Positions 58,344 to 64,000 of a stretch of DNA of 64,000 bases are shown piece after piece (the stretch's first letter is position 1; every line of letters begins with the position of its first letter). The translations under genes and the position numbers were made by a program. Location of the stretch: NCBI RefSeq assembly GCF_009914755.1, contig NC_060936.1, one strand, 5' to 3'. This DNA comes from the human T2T-CHM13v2.0 reference genome, Homo sapiens. The notes under the pieces are model-generated. The model made no database searches and had not been told where the DNA came from. It saw only the letters and a list, made by a program, of their open reading frames with translations.

Positions 58344-58427
58344 GTGCCCTTATAAAAGAAGAATCAGATAAATTTCTTGCCCCTTCCACTATGTGAGAAC
58401 AAAGAGAAAAGAATGCTGTCTGTGATT

Positions 58428-58527
58428 AAAAAAAAAAAAAAAAAAAAAAAACAGAACAGTGAGACTCCAGCACTTTGGGAGGCCAAGGTGGGTGGATCAC
58501 AAGGTTAGGAGACAGAGACCATCCTGG
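58428..58527 (+). mobile_element. Poly-A followed by scrambled Alu fragments
   Basis: About 24 A, then acagtgagactcc, then cagcactttgggaggccaaggtgggtggatcac...accatcctgg. Confidence 0.85.
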
Positions 58528-58719
58528 AGCTACAGCCGTTAAACCAAAAACAAAAACCAGTAAGTAACTTTAGGTGACAAAAATATAGTTATAAGAATTG
58601 TTCCTGCTGGATAATGTATAGCATTGCAGGAAACAAACCTTAAAACTTGTTTTAAGGTCCTCTGTGGTAAAAGATCCTCAAATAAAACTGCTAAAATTCA
58701 TATGCTTAACTTTGGATAA

Positions 58720-59040
58720 GACGAGTGTAAGTTAGAAAAATATTCAGAAAAAAATTCTACAGTTTGAAAAAGCAAAACTTGAGTTTGCCATGCTGTAAGA
58801 ACTACATTGAATTCACACACATGAAATAATATGTAGGTATTATATTGGGTATTTATAAGTAATACAGAGATTATTTAAAGTATATGGGAGAAGCTGCACA
58901 GGTTATATGAAAAAACTAGGCCATTTTATATAAGGGATTTGAGCTTCCACAGATTTTGTTATCCATAGAGTTGGGGTGTGGGGATGGCGCGAAATGGGTT
59001 GCTGGGACAAATCTCTCATGGATACCAAGGGAAGACTGTA
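58720..59040. mobile_element. MER2-like TcMar-Tigger MITE remnant
   Basis: aagcaaaacttgagtttgcc...ccattttatataagggatttgagc...catggataccaagggaagactgta. Confidence 0.8.
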
Positions 59041-60644
59041 TTCACTTACCTGGGCAGATCAACTCAGGTAATTAATACCATAGACATAACTGCCTTTTTG
59101 TACAATATTAACTTTAGGAGATGATCATAAATTAACCTTCTATCATTTCCTCTGTCTGGGCAAAGCATAAGCCTATGAAAATCTCTTTTAAGGGTTGATA
59201 CCATCTACAAACTTTGTCACTCTGCTTACTAAAATTTTGATCTGACATGATCTTAGTTTTTGTTCACATTGGACTGGAGATACTAAATGTAAGGTTTAGT
59301 ATCTGTGTAAATATAGTTCTTCTACATGCTGTGTTTTAAGTGAAAAAATAGAATATTGCCAGTGTTCTTTATCCACACAATTTCATAGAGGGAGTTTCAT
59401 CAATGGCTTTTTCTTTATAATTGTAATACATGGAAAGTCCACAATATTCTCTTCTTTGCTAAGATACAGACAGTTATAAAGGAAAGAGAAATAAGAATGT
59501 AGGATTTTTTAAAAAGTTAGGCAATTGAAAGTTTAGAGAACAAGTATCCAAAATTTTGCCCAGCACTAACCTCAAATAAGGTGTCAGAACTACAGAAGGC
59601 TAACATTAACCACTCATATTTTCAGACAGAAAAGCATCCAGTACATGGGCAGAAAGAATAGGACATTTCTTTCATCTAAGAAGTCATATATCAATGTCTT
59701 CAGGTCATTCATGAAACATTTCTTAAACTCTTAAGTTTTCTTTTAATCCGTTTCAATCACTCTTTTATTAGAGAAATAAGTGAATGTTAGACTTCATCCA
59801 ATGAAACAGAAATAATTTCTCATTGTAGCCAATACAAGTAGATAACCACAATGAATATCTATCTAATTAGTTGGATACCATTAAAAAATAGTGAAGTGAT
59901 AATTTTATATAAAAGCAAGGCTAATTGTATAACTTATCTAAACTTAGAGTATGCAACAATTTTCTATTTAATGCACTGGAAAAGAAAAAAGTTATTAAAG
60001 TGCAATGTAATTTAGTAATTTAGGAAACCAATAATATACTGATTCTGGTGCAAAGTACATTATTTTCCTTCACTTCCCATAATTTGGACAATTTGTAATT
60101 GTCAAAAAAAAATGGACACTTGTTTTTTTACTCCAGATATTTCACACTTGATAGCAGTATCTAATTAATCAGCAATTGTCTAACACAGATTGTCAACAGA
60201 GAGTAGTTCTGTGAATATTTAAAGTGGAAGAAGAATTTATTTATAGATTTTAGGATTTTGAGAAAGTTTACATATGAAGGAAAAGAGAGAAAACCTATAT
60301 TTGTAGAATAATACTTTTTTAATTAAAAAGAGCAAATCAAAAGATGTTTAAATATGTCTTGAATGTTAATCAAAAAGTATGTATTTATTTTTTACAAACC
60401 ACTGGATCTTCCATTGTAAAAGATGTAAATAAATATACTATCACATATCCTATAAAAATTAGTCTTAACATTTAGTAAAAGGGGAATAGGTACATGTTTC
60501 AAACTATATATATAGAGTTATATAAACAATTTCAAAACATATATACCTATATGTACATGTATATATTATACATATATGTACATATATATGTGTGTATGGG
60601 TGTGTGTGTATCTATCTGTATATCTCTCAAAAGAGAAAAGCCAA

Positions 60645-61190
60645 GATGTAATATTTCTTTATTATTGCAACAATGCTACATAAAACATAGTCACAAAACT
60701 CAATGGTTTACTACAAAAAACATACACTTCTTAGCTGAACTTCTGCTGGGATCTTCTGAGCTATGTGTGACTGCTGGGGTGGGTTTGGTTGAGTTCAGTT
60801 GGGCCTACCTATGGGCTGCAGGTCACATTCAGGTCTTATTCACATATATTCACATATCTTCTTATTTGAGGACTCAGGTTGAAGGAGCAAGTGCTATTCG
60901 AGATATAAAGCTCTCAAGGAAGAGGGTAGGTTTCCAAGAAGATTACATGTATACCCATAGTGCCTTTTAGATTAATTCTATGCTCAGAATTGGTCCTTTG
61001 TCATATCTTCCTAGCTGACATATGAGCAAGCATGACAGATGAGCAAGCCCCAAATCAGTGGAAGCTGGAATGTATTTCTCACTTCCTGTGAGTCATATGG
61101 AAGTATAAGACAATGGATAAATATATCCTATATATATTTCAGGGAAGCAACGAAGATTGGGAACAATAATTCAATGTATTACACAAGAAT
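60645..61190 (-). mobile_element. Old MLT1-type LTR, preceded by a TA/TG-rich low-complexity tract (~60500-60625)
   Basis: caacaatgctacataaaacat...aaactcaatggttta...gcaagccccaaatcagtgg...gggaacaataattcaat. Confidence 0.55.
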
Positions 61191-61379
61191 TTTTAAACAG
61201 CCCAAACACTGCCTAGAGAGAGCATATGATAACCCTGTTTTATTATCAGCTTCCTTCCCCAACCACTGTCTTCCACCTAACAAGAAACTATGACCTCCTG
61301 AATTAAATGAATTACATATTACTCAGATTTGGATCCCTGATTTGGATCCCCAGGACTAAAGGTAGCTAAAGATAGTGAA

Positions 61380-64000
61380 TGAGTGGGCTATTTCAAATAT
61401 CTTGTAACTGGAATTTAATCTTCCAGCATGTCACCTTCTAATCTATCCTCCATTTATTTTCAGAGTGGTTTTATTCAATATTGTCTAATTGTCAGACATT
61501 TATTTAAAACTCCCTTTTTACACTTCTCCATTGCCTTTAAGACAAAATGTATACTTGATAACTTCCAATACAAAGCCAAGTTAAGACTTCTTATCTCCTG
61601 CAAGGCCTCAGCAATCCCTTCCTTTGATAAAATGATATTCTATTCACCAGGCTTCCACACATTTGGTGCCAAATCATATATAGTGGTTTGATAGATAATA
61701 CACTTATATTTTATATGTATTTTTATATGAATATTCTCACATATTCAGTATTTACTCTACAATTGTGCCTTTATTATTCTGGCCAAACAAAACAAGATAG
61801 ATTACTCCTTGGCTCGCAAAAGATTTCTAAAATCAAATTTTCAAATATCTCACCTTTCTATTTGTCTCTCAGTATTAACCTTAAATTTTTTTTAAGATTC
61901 GTTTTCTGTCATAATGTGTAACTTTCCTTCTCTCCTTTTAGATCACTCTTTTAACTTTCTTTCCTTAACAGTAATCAGGCTTCTCTCTGAGAATATCACT
62001 TCAACTGAAGAGTGCTTAATTGATGACTATTTATTTATTTATTTTTTATAAACCATGTGCTTTAAAGGTAACACACAAGATTGGCATTATTTTTATTCTC
62101 CATTAGAAATTCCATATTACTAATCCTGCATACATTTTCAGAATAAAATAATCTCCATCTCTGAGTTGAATAAAAGTAAAATAAATTTAAAAATTTAAAA
62201 AAGAAAAGAGAAAGAAATGCAGATCATTTTAAGATCAAGTCATTGAGCTACACCAATCTCTTCCTCTTCTTAACACTGTCATCTGTGACTTTCAGTTAGT
62301 TCCCATCACTCATCAAAGATTTTATATGTGGTTTAGATATTTTTCTTTATCCCAAGCCCTAACTTCATACGGATTGACATTAACATTCATGTACACAATG
62401 TGTCCAGCTGCAGAGCTTCTTAGTTTTTACAATTTCTTAATGAGCTTCTGTGGCTTCTCACTTGTCACTTACTTTCATGGTCAGACTTTGAGCCTTTTCA
62501 TAACCCGAATCTGCTCAATCTTTAAAAATCACTAATTCAATAATCTCACTTTATGGCCAATGTCTCATTTCCTCAAGTCTTGTTCAACTAATTTTATCAA
62601 TTTTTTTACTTCATCAAGATTTCCAGTTTCTTGAAATTGGCACATTTTACAAGTTTATTAGCTATCTCATTTTTTCCTACTCAGCTTTATTCATTTATTG
62701 ATTTTATGATCCATTTGTTCAAGAGTATATCTAGGTATATAAATTTCAATTATCTCTCTGAATTTTTTTCAAATCCATATTGGAAATTTCATCTTCTGTG
62801 AACTGAATAATCTTCACCAAGACTGACCCTGATCATCCAATTGCTTCATGAGATTTCCCCTAACAGGACAAAATTTTTTCCACTATAAATTTTTAACCAC
62901 AAACCTTAATTAGGGTCTCCAATTTGTTCTGCAATCCTACATTTCTGGCTCTCTTCCCCATCTCTTATTTGACCCGTTTCTAACTCTCTTCCAATTTCCA
63001 GCTTTCAGTTTCTTCCCATTTACTCCAAAAAGATGACCTTGTACAACATAGAACTGTTTTGTGCCTCAGATTTCTTTCATATGTACAGCTCCTAAATGTT
63101 GGCTTGCTGTTAATTAGCTTATATCATTATGATTATTAGTGGCATTTGCTTCTCTCCTCTTTCCCTATGTTACAATAAAATTCTGACTTCCCATGTTTCT
63201 CACATAGTTGCATCATTTATGTTGGCTTTTAAATCAATTCAAGTATATCCTATTCAAAATGAAAAAAATAAAAGAATGCAACAAAATCTTGCTTTTCACA
63301 TCGTATTTAGTATGCTTTCTTACCTGGAGCAAAGTTCTATAACATCTTATCCATATGTTCTGCCTCACTCTATTTTATTTTTAATCTCCCCCTCACTACA
63401 CCATTCTGTCTTTCAGCCTCTATCTCTCTATAGATAAAATTCTTACCAAGGTTAATAATTATTTATATGTCAATGAATACATTACTGCTGAACACTCCCA
63501 CCTTCTCAGAACACTCTATTTATACTGTATTTTATTTTCAAAATTCTCCAGATTTTACTCATACTTCTCATCCTTTGCAATCTACAACAAAATGTTAAAT
63601 TTTCTTGAGTTTCAGTCCCAAGGTCTCAAGTTGTCTCAAGCTAGAGTATTCTCCTAGGCAATTCCTTCTTTATGTCTGACTTTCACATATATTAGTCAAA
63701 AAAAACCAAAAGCATTTATCTGATAAGAATGGCCTTTTAGCTTCAGATACTTATATAAAACTGCGTAATTAACATTAATTCTTATATATCTCGAAGGCAC
63801 TCTTACATAATAAAGACAGAAACTAAAATTATGATCATTACCCACATACATAATCCCTTACCACTGTTTTTCTTCACAAATGGAACTATTATCCATCAGG
63901 TTATGTAAACCAGAAACCCAAGAATCATCTATGACATCCGCCTTTCATTTACCCCAATATCCATATGACTGGAAAATGTTATTGATTTAGCTTACTAAAA
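61380..64000 (-). mobile_element. Degenerate L2 fragments
   Basis: Pyrimidine-rich L2-like text, e.g. aaaccagaaacccaagaatcatctatgacatcc. Confidence 0.5.

Larger units (their letters stand above)
57416..58427 (+). mobile_element. MLT1A-like LTR (57416-57553, 58349-58427), 3'-truncated, host of nested LTRs
   Basis: caaattcacatgttgagatcctaacccccaatgtgatagt...ggattagtgcc | cttataaaaga. Confidence 0.85.

Overview
AT-rich, CpG-poor primate (most likely human, given AluY and an SVA) intergenic or intronic DNA made mostly of interspersed repeats. I found no host protein-coding exon, RNA gene or CRISPR array. The main features are a near-complete but defective HERV-L provirus (MLT2A LTRs, Leu-tRNA PBS, gag-pro-RT-RNaseH-IN-dUTPase, 22976-30617) nested in a THE1-type MaLR, a much older ERV-L internal region (about 6370-11260), two multi-level LTR nests with readable TSDs, two L1s with 5' inversions, a 5'-truncated SVA, nine near-full-length Alus plus two Alu fragments, and MIR/L2/DNA-transposon relics. 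The most unusual structure is the HERV-L 3' LTR: its core is replaced by a fold-back inverted duplication enclosing a hairpin-unit AT-rich minisatellite and inverted copies of the provirus's own dUTPase region. A 32-bp LTR7/HERV-H-like 'micro-LTR' with a 5-bp TSD is also notable. I see no evidence of a new protein-coding system. Repeat subfamily names come from recalled consensus sequences, not a search, and boundaries of old repeats are approximate.
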